DNA of 64,000 nt from Dehalococcoidia bacterium (lineage in GTDB: Bacteria > Chloroflexota > Dehalococcoidia > Bin125). Of this stretch, positions 1-8,880 are shown one piece after another. Position numbers and translations under genes: made by a program. The stretch spans positions 992,001 through 1,056,000 of the forward strand of contig CAXXSR010000001.1 of NCBI GenBank assembly GCA_963662615.2. The letters run 5' to 3'. The notes beneath the pieces are model-generated. The model searched no databases. It saw only the letters and a program-made list of their open reading frames with translations, and had not been told where the DNA came from. Numbering within the stretch: the first letter of the stretch is position 1; each line of letters begins with the position of its first letter.

Positions 1-1134
1 CTTGCCGTCCGCCCCCACGGGGCAGTAGTCGTCCACGTCGCCGCGCAACTGCCGCACATTCTCAATAACCAGGTTCATGCCGTGGGTGTAGCCCTCGCAG
101 AGGTGGCCGCCGCTGGTGTTGTTGGGCCGCGCTCCGCCCAACTGAATGGCGCCGCTACTGACGTAGTCGCCGCCTTCGCCCTTCGTGCAGAAGCCGTAGT
201 CCTCCAGTTGCATCATGGCCGTGAAGGTGAAGGCGTCGTAGGAGCCGGTGAGGTCCATGTCCTCGGGCCCCACGCCCGCGTGCGGCCAGAGCAGCTCCTT
301 GGCGTAATGCCCGGCCACGGTGGAGAGCGGGCCGTACTGGTAATGGAGGTAGATCTCGTTGCCCGGCTTGCAGCAGCGGCCCACCACCGAGAGGATGCGC
401 ACCGGCGTGTGCCGACCGTCGACGGCGCGATCGGCGCTGGTCACGATGATGGCGGTGGCGTTGTCGGTCTCCACGCAGCAGTCCAGCAGGTGCAGCGGCT
501 TGACGATGAAGCGGCTGTCCAGCACGTCCTGGACGCTCACGCGCTCCTTGTAATAGGCCTTCGGGTTCTGCGACGCGTGCCGGCTGTGCGCCATCTTCAC
601 GTGCGCCACCTGGGCGGGCGTGGTGCCGTAGTCGTACATGTGCCGCATGAACGACTGGCTGAAGTTCTGGCCGGCGCTGAACCAGCCGTAGACCGCGTTG
701 TGGAGGCGGTCGCCGTCGAGGGGCACGGCCGCCCGACGGCCGGTTCCGCCAATGCGGACCTGCGAGTAGCCGTTCATGGCGCGGAAGATCACCACGGTCT
801 TGCACATCCCCGCCTCGATCGCGCCCATGGCCAGGCCGGTCAGGGCCTCGGTGCTGGAGCCGCCGCCGATCACGTCCATGTAGAAGTTGAGCCGCATCCC
901 CAGATCGGAGGCGACGAGCGGGGAGAAGGTGGAGTCGGCGTTGGAATAGGACATCATGCCGTCCACCTCCCCCGGCCGCAGCCCCGCATCCTCCAGGGCG
1001 TTGCGGATCGCCCACGTCGCCAGGGAGCGGGTCGTGCGACCGGAGCCGCGCATGTACGTCGTCTCGCCCACGCCGACGATCGCGTACTTGTCGCGCAGGT
1101 ACTTGGGTGCCGTCGCGTCGATCTCGCTGGTCAT
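1..1134 (-). CDS. Thiolase-family (SCP2/lipid-transfer-like) protein, 3' end outside window
   Basis: Not in the ORF track because it is truncated. My translation from ATG 1134: MTSEIDATAPKYLRDKYAIVGVGET...PLHLLDCCVETD...YDAFT...NTSGGHLCEGYTHG, typical of SCP2-type thiolases. Confidence 0.9.
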   Translation of the reverse strand, partial: MTSEIDATAPKYLRDKYAIVGVGETTYMRGSGRTTRSLATWAIRNALEDAGLRPGEVDGMMSYSNADSTFSPLVASDLGMRLNFYMDVIGGGSSTEALTGLAMGAIEAGMCKTVVIFRAMNGYSQVRIGGTGRRAAVPLDGDRLHNAVYGWFSAGQNFSQSFMRHMYDYGTTPAQVAHVKMAHSRHASQNPKAYYKERVSVQDVLDSRFIVKPLHLLDCCVETDNATAIIVTSADRAVDGRHTPVRILSVVGRCCKPGNEIYLHYQYGPLSTVAGHYAKELLWPHAGVGPEDMDLTGSYDAFTFTAMMQLEDYGFCTKGEGGDYVSSGAIQLGGARPNNTSGGHLCEGYTHGMNLVIENVRQLRGDVDDYCPVGADGK

Positions 1135-1225
1135 GCCTGCCCTCTCTTCCGGGCTGCCCCGTGGCCATTAGGGTATATCCGCGCCTCTGGCGCCACTGCC
1201 GGACTCTTGGGAGCCCATCTGAAAG

Positions 1226-1705
1226 GTGGTCCCGATGCGCTGGCTTCAGGCGACGGCACAGGCAACGATCGCCTGCCCCGAGGATCAAGTGTTCGCCTTC
1301 GTCTCCGCCGTGGAGAACATGGAACGCTGGGTGACCGGCGTCAGCGATGTGCGCCGCCCCACCGACGCCGCCCTCGCGGCGGGGGCCACCTTCAGCAGCA
1401 CGTACACGTACGCAAGGCGAACCCACGAGATCGAGTACGAGGTGACCGCTGTCGAGGCCCCGCGAGTGATTGCGATGCAGTCGCTGCGAGGGCCCTTCCC
1501 CTTCCAGAGCACGCTCGCGCTGGCGCCGGTGCCCGAGGGAACGCTGGTCAGGAACGAGTTGCGGGCGGGTTCGGACAGCGCCTTCACCAGCGCGACGTTC
1601 GTGTTGCTGCGGCCCCTGCTCCGCGCGCTGATGCGTCGCCGGCTGCGCAAGGAGCTTCGCGTCCTGAAGGCGCTGCTGGAGGACGCGTCGCCCCCTGACG
1701 GCTGA
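1226..1705 (+). CDS. SRPBCC/START (polyketide cyclase-like) protein
   Basis: TIACPEDQVFAFVSAVENMERW N-terminus and ELRVLKALLE C-terminal helix; start may be ATG 1235. Confidence 0.8.
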   Translation: MVPMRWLQATAQATIACPEDQVFAFVSAVENMERWVTGVSDVRRPTDAALAAGATFSSTYTYARRTHEIEYEVTAVEAPRVIAMQSLRGPFPFQSTLALAPVPEGTLVRNELRAGSDSAFTSATFVLLRPLLRALMRRRLRKELRVLKALLEDASPPDG

Positions 1706-1791
1706 AGCGGGCGCGCCGCGGTCGCTGCTAGGATCGGGCCTGGAGCCCCGCTCCGGTCGCAGAGACAGCCATAGAGACGAGGACGACCGCC

Positions 1792-2625
1792 ATGCCCCAC
1801 GCCCAGATCAACGGCGTCGATCTGTTCTACGACGAAGCCGGCGCCGGTGAGCCGATCCTCTTCCACCACGGCTACACCGGCTCCCACGATGGCTGGGAGG
1901 GCGTCGTGGAGCGGCTCCGGGACCGCTTCCGCTGCATTGTGATGGACTGCCGCGGCGCCGGCGACAGCGCCCAACCCGCGGACGGGTACACCATTGATCA
2001 GTACGCACTCGACGTTGTGGGCATGGCGGACCACCTGGGGTTGGAGCGCGTCGCCTACGTGGGGCATAGCATGGGCGGCCTCATTGGCATGTGGTTGGGG
2101 CTGGAGCACGCCCGCCGTCTGACGAAGCTGGTCCTCGTGGCGCCCGCCCCCGCCGACGGGATCCGGCGCGACCCCGCCGATCGCGAGCGCGCCCGCGCGC
2201 TCTGGATCGGCCGCGAACGCGACACGATGATTCACGAGCGCACCGTCACGGCCGCCCGCTCCGTGAGCGAGGAGCAGATCGTCGGCAGCATCGACCGCGC
2301 TCTTTCGGTGTCGGAGGGCCACTACGAGGAATCCTGGCGGTCAATGGAGCAGACGCGAATCGGCGAGCGCTTGGGCGAGATCCAGACGCCGACGCTGATG
2401 ATCGCCGCCGCCGCCGACGACCTCCTGCCCGGCAACCTGGATGACTTCCGCCGCCTGGGCAACGCCACCCTGCACGTCTTCAGCCGCGTCAGCCACGGCA
2501 TCCCCCGCGAGGTCCCGTCGGCGCTGAGCCGCGTGCTGGCCGATTTCATGGAGCACGGCGTCGTCATCCCTGCCACCCTGCGGGAGCGCCTGCAAGACGC
2601 GCCGGCAAGGGGCGTGAGGGGCTAG
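1792..2625 (+). CDS. Alpha/beta hydrolase
   Basis: HHGYTGS, MDCRGAGDS, nucleophile elbow GHSMGG. Confidence 0.9.
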   Translation: MPHAQINGVDLFYDEAGAGEPILFHHGYTGSHDGWEGVVERLRDRFRCIVMDCRGAGDSAQPADGYTIDQYALDVVGMADHLGLERVAYVGHSMGGLIGMWLGLEHARRLTKLVLVAPAPADGIRRDPADRERARALWIGRERDTMIHERTVTAARSVSEEQIVGSIDRALSVSEGHYEESWRSMEQTRIGERLGEIQTPTLMIAAAADDLLPGNLDDFRRLGNATLHVFSRVSHGIPREVPSALSRVLADFMEHGVVIPATLRERLQDAPARGVRG

Positions 2626-3407
2626 CCGGACCTCGATGCGCTAAACGTGATGCCGCGCGTATCGAACTCCGCCGCGTCCGACTCGTGCTCGGAGCCGGAG
2701 AAGACGTCGATCTGTTCGCCCCAGCGTATGTCCACGAACCCTGAGAGCCTCAGCACCGCTTTCCACTCTGCTTCCAGCAGAGCGCCGGCGATTCAACCGG
2801 ACCACAGATCGATGTCGTCCTTCGCCTCCTGGGGCACCGGCTGCAGTACGACGATGTCGGCGATCTGAATCCGCCCGCCCGGCTTCAGCACGCGATGGAT
2901 CTCCTCCATCACCGCCCGCTTATCCGGGCAGAGGTTGATGACGCCGTTACTGATCACGACGTCCACGGATGCGCTCTCGACCGGCAGCTCCTCCGTGTAG
3001 CCAAGACGCACGTCCACGTTCTGGAGCCCCAGCGCGCCCGCGCCCGCCCGCGTCTTCTCGACCATGGCCTCCGTCATGTCAACGGCGATCACCCGGCCGC
3101 TCTGGCCCACCTGCCGCGCCGTCAGCAACGTGTCGAAGCCAGCGCCGCAGCCCAGGTCCAGCACCGTCGCCCCGCTCGGCAGCCGTCCCAGCGACAGCGG
3201 GTTGCCGGTCCCCGCGAACGATTCCACGGCGGTAGGCGGCAGCCAGTCCACGTCGGCGGGGTCGTAGTCCAGCATCGCGGCGAGCGGGCGGCCCGTGTGG
3301 AAGTGGAAGCCCTTGTCGGGCTCGCTGGCGACGTCGTGATATTTCTGTTGCACCTGCTCCCGCAGCAGCGCGCGATCGACTCTGGCGGGTGTCACGGAAT
3401 CTGCCAT
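2622..3407 (-). CDS. Arsenite methyltransferase-like (ArsM family) SAM-dependent methyltransferase, probable selenoprotein (UGA at 2795-2793 read as Sec)
   Basis: SFAGTGNP, LDLGCGAGFD, VISNGVINLCPDK motifs; LWSG-UGA-IAGALL matches the ArsM LWxGCIAGA motif; frame continues to TAG at 2624-2622; GGAGG RBS before ATG 3407. Confidence 0.85.
2755..2792 (-). promoter_or_regulatory. Putative bacterial SECIS hairpin
   Basis: 3' of the UGA: ATCGC-CGGCG-CTCTGCT-GGA-AGCAGAG-TGGAAA-GCGGT; perfect 7-bp upper stem with G-containing loop starting 17 nt after the UGA, plus a lower ATCGC/GCGGT stem. Confidence 0.7.
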
Positions 3408-3492
3408 CAATTGTTCCTCCAGCAACTGCTTCACACTGACCACGCGGCGCGACGCGTGTCAAGCGCGCGCCGCTCCCCGCGGGAGGGGCCCA

Positions 3493-5391
3493 CTACTCCT
3501 CCAACGTCGTCAGATCGCCGGGGTCCAAGCCCAGCTCCTGGGCCTTCAACACCCGCCGCATGATCTTGCCGCTGCGCGTCTTGGGGAGCGCGGAGACGAA
3601 CTCGATCGCTTTCGGCGTCGCGATGGGGCCCAGCACGTCGCGCACTTGACTCACCAGCTCCGCCCGCAGCTCTTCGCTCGCCTCGTGGCCCGAGCGCAGG
3701 ATCACGAAGGCCTTGATCTCTTCGCCCTTGAGCGGGTCGGGTACGCCAATGGCCCCAGCCTCAGCGACGGCCGGATGTGCGACCAGGGCACTCTCCACGT
3801 CCGCCGTGCCGATGCGATGCCCGGCGACGTTGATCACGTCGTCGGCGCGGCCTAAGACGGTGAAGTAGCCGTCCTCGTCCACGGTGGCGACGTCGCCGGC
3901 CGTATAGGCGTCGGGGATGAGGTGGAAGTACTCCTGGTAGCGGGCGTCGTCGGCCCAGATGGCGCGCATCATATGTGGCCACGTATTTTGCAGGACCAGG
4001 AAGCCGCCTTCGCCGGGCGAGACCGGCTCGCCCGACCGGTTCACGACGGCGGCCCGCACGCCCGGCATGGCCCGACCGACCTTGCCCGGCTTCGCCAGCG
4101 ATGAGGGCATCGTGCCCAGCGTCGGCGCGCCGGTCTCGGTCTGCCACCAGTTGTCGCAGATTGGCCCGCGGCCTTGCATGATGTGTTCGTAGGCCCACAG
4201 CTGCGCTTCCGGGTTCAGCGGCTCGCCGGCGCAGATCAGGAGCCTGAGCGAATCCAGGCGATGCCGCGCCGGGTACGCCGGCCCGAAGCGCATGAACATG
4301 CGCAGGGCGGTTGGGGCGGTGAAGATGGTGGTCACGCCGTAGCGCTCGACGATCGACCAGACGACGGCCGGATCCGGATGGTCCGGCGCGCCCTCGCGCA
4401 CAAGCTGCGAAGCGCCGTTGATCCAAGGCCCGTAGACGATGCAGGAGTGCCCCACGATCCAGCCGATGTCACTGGTGCACCAGTAGAGATCCGCAGGATG
4501 CAGATCGTAGGCGATGCGCGTCAGCAGGGCGGTCCCCACGGCATAGCCGCCGTGGTCGTAGACCGTCCCCTTCGGAGTTCCCGTGGTCCCGGAGGTGTAG
4601 AGGATGAAGAGCGGGTCCCCCGACGCCATCTCTTCGGGCTCGGCCTGATCCGAGGCCGCCTCCAGCGCGGGCAGCAGATCGATCTCGCCGCGGCGCAGCG
4701 GCGTCGCCGCGTTGCGCCGGTGCAGGATCACGTGCTTCACGCCGCTCCCCGCGATCGCCTCATCCGCAATGCGCCTCAGGTCGATCGTCTTGCCGCGGCG
4801 GTAGCCCACATCGGTGACGATCACCGTCGTGGCGCCGGCGTCGTCAAGGCGCGACCGTAGCGCTCCCGCTCCCAGGCCCGCGTAGACCACGGAGTGGACC
4901 GCGCCCACCCGCGCGCAGGCCAGCATGGCCGCCATCCCTTCCGGGACCAGCGGCATGTAGATGCAGACCCGTTCGCCCTTCTGCACGCCGGCGTCGCGGA
5001 GCACGTTGGTGAACCGATTGACCAGCCGTCGTAGCTCGTGGAACGTGAAGCGCCGCTCGGCGCCGTCTTCGCCCAACCAGATCAGGGCGAGCCTGTCGCG
5101 GTTCGCGCCGTCGGCGTGACGGTCCAGGACGTTCTGGGTGATGTTGCAACGCCCCCCCAGGTACCACTCCGTGTGATTGTGATCGTCGCTGCGACGCAGC
5201 TCGCGCCAGGGCGACATCCAGACGAGTTCGTTGGCCGCCTCCGCCCAGAAAGTGTCCAGGTCGGCGTCGGCGTCGGCGTAGTACGTCTCAAAGTTGGGAA
5301 TGTGAGCGCGCGCAACGATATCGGGCGGCGGCGGCACCGGCTGCAGATCCTGTAGGAGCTGCCTGAATTCGCCGCTTTCCGCGTCCGTCAT
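3493..5391 (-). CDS. acs: Acetate--CoA ligase (acetyl-CoA synthetase)
   Basis: ILYTSGTTGTPKG, WWQTETG, GRADDVINVAGHRIGT, LPKTRSGKIMRR; GGGAGG RBS before ATG 5391. Confidence 0.9.
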   Translation of the reverse strand: MTDAESGEFRQLLQDLQPVPPPPDIVARAHIPNFETYYADADADLDTFWAEAANELVWMSPWRELRRSDDHNHTEWYLGGRCNITQNVLDRHADGANRDRLALIWLGEDGAERRFTFHELRRLVNRFTNVLRDAGVQKGERVCIYMPLVPEGMAAMLACARVGAVHSVVYAGLGAGALRSRLDDAGATTVIVTDVGYRRGKTIDLRRIADEAIAGSGVKHVILHRRNAATPLRRGEIDLLPALEAASDQAEPEEMASGDPLFILYTSGTTGTPKGTVYDHGGYAVGTALLTRIAYDLHPADLYWCTSDIGWIVGHSCIVYGPWINGASQLVREGAPDHPDPAVVWSIVERYGVTTIFTAPTALRMFMRFGPAYPARHRLDSLRLLICAGEPLNPEAQLWAYEHIMQGRGPICDNWWQTETGAPTLGTMPSSLAKPGKVGRAMPGVRAAVVNRSGEPVSPGEGGFLVLQNTWPHMMRAIWADDARYQEYFHLIPDAYTAGDVATVDEDGYFTVLGRADDVINVAGHRIGTADVESALVAHPAVAEAGAIGVPDPLKGEEIKAFVILRSGHEASEELRAELVSQVRDVLGPIATPKAIEFVSALPKTRSGKIMRRVLKAQELGLDPGDLTTLEE

Positions 5392-5450
5392 CGCTACCTC
5401 CCCTACGCTGGCGCTCAGAGCAGGCCGCGCCCAATCGCTGCCGCGCCCGC

Positions 5451-6476
5451 TCAACCGAGGTTGGGCGGGTCAGGGCAGGGCTTGAGGTCCAGCTTCTTGA
5501 GGATGCCCTTGTTGGCGACGAAGCGAGGCCACTGCCCGGAGAGGACGTACACGGCGCTGTCCGCCACGCGACGCGAGAGCAGCCGGAAGGCGTGGTCGGA
5601 ATAGGAGGCCGAGTGGGGGGTCAGCACCACGTTGTCCAGACGCCGCAGCGGGCTCTCCAGCGGCAGCGGCTCCTTCTCGAAGACGTCCAGCCCCGCGCCG
5701 GCGATGCGCCCCTCTTGCAGCGCCGCGATCAGCGCCGCCTCATCCACGGTGGGGCCGCGGGATGTGTTGATGAGATAGGCGGTCGGCTTCATCTTGGCCA
5801 GGGCATCGGCGTCAATGATGTGGCGCGTCTGCGGCGTCAGAGGGGCGTGCACGCTCACGACGTCGGCCTGCTGCAGCAGTTCGTCGAGCGTCGCAATTAG
5901 CTCGATGCCCGCCCGCTCGGCCGCGGCCGGCTCCAAGTAGGGGTCGTAGGCGATGACGCGCATGGACAGCGCCAGCGCTCTCTTGGCGAACGCCTGAGCG
6001 ATGTTGCCGGCGGCAACGAGGCCCAACGTCTGGCCGTGCAGGTGCTGCATGGGCGCCAGCGTCTCTGGGCGCCAGCCGCCCTCGCGAATCGTGCGGTCCA
6101 TGGGCACCAGCTTTCTGACCGCCGCCAGCATCAGCAGGAGCGCGTGGTTGCTCACCTCCTCCATGCAGAAGTCGGGAACGTGCGCGCAGATGATGCCGTT
6201 CTCCGTGGCCGCGTCGAGGTCCAGCGTGTCCACGCCGACGCCGTAGCGGACCACGACTTTGCACTTTGGCAGGGAGGCCAGGAGGTGCGCGTTCATGGGC
6301 GCGGCCCGTACAAGGACGGCATCGGCGTCGGCCAGGAGCGTCGTCAGCTCCTCCGCGCTCTTGCCGGGCTGGAGGAGGTGAAGCTCGGCATCGATGCCGG
6401 CGAGGATCTCGCGCTCGATCGGGTAGTCGCCGAACCCCAGCGAGATGTCCGAGTGGTACACGGTGAATTGGGCCAT
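5451..6476 (-). CDS. D-isomer-specific 2-hydroxyacid dehydrogenase (CtBP-like)
   Basis: RYGVGVD, INTSRG, GLDVFEKEP, TPHSA. Confidence 0.9.
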   Translation of the reverse strand: MAQFTVYHSDISLGFGDYPIEREILAGIDAELHLLQPGKSAEELTTLLADADAVLVRAAPMNAHLLASLPKCKVVVRYGVGVDTLDLDAATENGIICAHVPDFCMEEVSNHALLLMLAAVRKLVPMDRTIREGGWRPETLAPMQHLHGQTLGLVAAGNIAQAFAKRALALSMRVIAYDPYLEPAAAERAGIELIATLDELLQQADVVSVHAPLTPQTRHIIDADALAKMKPTAYLINTSRGPTVDEAALIAALQEGRIAGAGLDVFEKEPLPLESPLRRLDNVVLTPHSASYSDHAFRLLSRRVADSAVYVLSGQWPRFVANKGILKKLDLKPCPDPPNLG

Positions 6477-6710
6477 TGGGGCTCCTCACAAGCTCACGCT
6501 GACAGGCGCCACGCGTCGCTGACGGGGCGCCCTCAATAATCGATCATGAGAGGGACCTGGTCATCATCCAGCAGGCCCGTCCCGGTTCTGTCGGCCGTGG
6601 TTGCTCTGCGCCGCTCAAGCCGCGCCGCGCCCGCGGCCGGCCCGCAGGATAGAATCACCCCCGGCGTGGCGCCACTGTCGTGATGCCGCCTGCGATCTCG
6701 GAGCTGCGCG

Positions 6711-7001
6711 ATGCCGGCCAGTAACGATACCGCCCCAGGCGCCGACGTCTGGGCCATCCGTCCCTGCATCTACGGGGGCAAGCGTCGGGAGCGGGGCGAG
6801 CGTTTCCGCCTGGCCGGCCTCCCCACCGACGCCCGCCTGTTCGAAGAGCTGTACGTTCAGCGCCTCCTGCCCAAGCACAAGCTCTATCCCTGCGATCGCT
6901 GCGGGAAAGCGTTGGTGGTCGGCGAGAACTTCGCCGCCCACCTCACCGACGCGCACGGGCTCGGTCGCGACGAGGCGCGTCGCGAGGCGGACTCGCGCTA
7001 G
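6711..7001 (+). CDS. Small hypothetical protein with C2H2-type zinc-finger motif
   Basis: YPCDRCGKALVVGENFAAHLTDAH = C-x2-C-x12-H-x4-H; GGAG before ATG; host-like codon usage. Confidence 0.65.
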   Translation: MPASNDTAPGADVWAIRPCIYGGKRRERGERFRLAGLPTDARLFEELYVQRLLPKHKLYPCDRCGKALVVGENFAAHLTDAHGLGRDEARREADSR

Positions 7002-7073
7002 GCGCCCGCCCAAGCCCGGAGTAGCGGCGCGGGGCTCGTGGCTCTCCCGCAGCCGGCGCGTCGGGTCAGGCGT

Positions 7074-7258
7074 CGACGCGCGGCGGAGATCGTCGCACTG
7101 ACTCCAGACTGCGGACGCGGTGGTTAAAAAACGACGCCGACGCGCGGCGGAGATCGTCGCACTGGCTCCAGACGGCGGCCGCGATGGTTCAAAAAGACGC
7201 CGCCGCGCGGCAGAAATCCCCGCGCTCGCACCAGCCGTCTAACGCGATGGTTAAAAAA
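7074..7258. repeat. Degenerate tandem repeat, about 64-bp unit, 3 copies, overlapping the htpX stop
   Basis: CGCGRTGGTT(A/C)AAAAA at 7116, 7180, 7243; GACGCGCGGCGGAGATCGTCGCACTG at 7075 and 7139. Confidence 0.8.
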
Positions 7259-8153
7259 TCTGGCCGGTTTCGCGACCGATCTTGCGGAGGCGCCGCACCC
7301 GCTCCTCCACCGGCGGATGGCTGGCGAACCAGCGACCGGGGCCGCCGGCGAGCGGGTTGACGATGAAGAGGTGGTTCGCAGCCTCCATGCCCGCCGTGGA
7401 CCGCGCGGTGACCTGCACATGCGGTCGCTGCGACGCCAGTTGCAGCTTCACCAGCGCCGAGGCGAGCGCCTCTGGATCGCGGGAATTGCGGGCTCCGGCC
7501 TCGTCGGCGCTGTACTCGCGCGCCCGCGACACGGCCATCTGGATCAGACCCGCCACGATGGGCGCGACGATCGCCAGCACGATCGTCCCCGCCAACTGCG
7601 CCAGATGATCGGAGCCACGGCCCCCGCGCGAGCCGAACATCAGGCCGAAGAAGAGGCTCCAGCGCGCGAACATCGCCACGATGAGGATGGTCGACGCCAT
7701 CATCGCCACGATCGCATTGATGAGCGTATCACGGTTCTTCACGTGCCCCATCTCATGCGCGAACACGCCGGCCAGCTCGCGCTCCGTGAGCAGGCTGAGG
7801 ATGCCCGTCGTGGCGGCGACCGCCGCGTGCGACGGGTTCCGCCCCGTGGCGAAAGCGTTCGGCACCGGCGTGTCAACGATGTAGACCTTGGGTTTGGGCA
7901 GGCCGGCTTCCCGCGCCGTCCGCTCGACGATGCGGTGCAGCTTGGGCGCCTGCGCCGGCGTGACCTCCTGCGCGCGCATCGTCTTGAGGATCGCCTTGTC
8001 CGAGTACCAGTAGGAGAAGAAGTTCAGCGCCACCGCCAAGACGGCCGCGAAGATCAGCCCGGCCAGCCCGCCCACGAGCTGTCCCGCGACGAGCAAGACG
8101 CCCGTCAGCAGCACGACGAGAAAGACTGTACGGAGGCCGTTTCGACCGATCAT
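7251..8153 (-). CDS. htpX: Zinc metalloprotease HtpX (M48)
   Basis: PNAFATGRNP, HEMGH, SRAREYSAD, FASHPPVEERV. Confidence 0.93.
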   Translation of the reverse strand: MIGRNGLRTVFLVVLLTGVLLVAGQLVGGLAGLIFAAVLAVALNFFSYWYSDKAILKTMRAQEVTPAQAPKLHRIVERTAREAGLPKPKVYIVDTPVPNAFATGRNPSHAAVAATTGILSLLTERELAGVFAHEMGHVKNRDTLINAIVAMMASTILIVAMFARWSLFFGLMFGSRGGRGSDHLAQLAGTIVLAIVAPIVAGLIQMAVSRAREYSADEAGARNSRDPEALASALVKLQLASQRPHVQVTARSTAGMEAANHLFIVNPLAGGPGRWFASHPPVEERVRRLRKIGRETGQIF

Positions 8154-8397
8154 CTGCTCGTCTGTCGCTCCTGGGATGCTCCTGGGAGGCCGCTCGATCA
8201 GGCAAGCGCAGGGGGTAGTCGCCGCTATCTGCCGCGAGCGTATCACGGGGGATAGGGCCGGTTCCGTGGTCTGGTGGGCGTCCGCGATAGCTGGCGGCGG
8301 GGCTTCCGTTCTGGTGGCATCCGCGGGTAGCATGCCCCGCAGTTGGGTACACCGCAACACGCCGCCGATGCGGCCACCGCCAGGACGGAGAGCACAC

Positions 8398-8880
8398 ATG
8401 GGCCAGGCTGGAAACGACCTGCTGGCGGGGCTGGACCGCGACAAGCTGATCGACTCGCTCAACAGCCTCTACTGCTACGAGATCGCGACGATGGTCTGGG
8501 CCATGGCGGTCCGAAGCCGCCTGAGCGGGCAGGCGCTGTTCGTCCTTAACGACGAGATGGAGGAGCTGGCGTCCGAGAGCCTGGAGAACGCTCGGGCGCT
8601 CGCCGAGCGCATCGGCGAGATCGGCGGAGGGCTCCCAGCTGATGTCACGGACTTCGTCAAGCTATCCCCGATCGAGCGGGTCGAGCTGCCCGCCAGCACC
8701 GCTGAGGTGGGGCCTATCGCGGTCTACGGTCTTGAAGCGGTGCGGCTCGCCATTCGCACCTACGGAGCGCTGGCCAGCGAGGTTCGCGAGCACGACCCGA
8801 TCAGCCATCGGCTGGTCATCAGGATCCTCGCCAAGCACGTGAGCCGGGAGGACGACGCGGAGAGCTTTCTGGGCGGTTAG
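8398..8880 (+). CDS. Ferritin-like (DPSL/bacterioferritin-like) protein with degenerate ligands
   Basis: LIDSLNSLY..E, ARALAERIGEIGG, AIRTY, DPISHRLVIRIL four-helix pattern; GGAG RBS before ATG 8398. Confidence 0.7.
   Translation: MGQAGNDLLAGLDRDKLIDSLNSLYCYEIATMVWAMAVRSRLSGQALFVLNDEMEELASESLENARALAERIGEIGGGLPADVTDFVKLSPIERVELPASTAEVGPIAVYGLEAVRLAIRTYGALASEVREHDPISHRLVIRILAKHVSREDDAESFLGG

Noticed and set aside
82-1698. 538-aa plus-strand ORF
   Set aside because: Antisense shadow of the thiolase gene; no motifs, a typical high-GC artefact.
2793-3443. Methyltransferase as a 216-aa protein or nonsense pseudogene
   Set aside because: The UGA falls on a conserved Cys position, the downstream frame is intact and a SECIS-like hairpin follows.
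6530-6575. Imperfect palindromes (ATAATCGATCAT; CTGG-N7-CCAG) upstream of the dehydrogenase-acs run
   Set aside because: Could be operators but are too short or degenerate to assign.
7074-7258. Possible CRISPR array
   Set aside because: Intervening sequences are themselves repeated, there are only three units and no cas genes.
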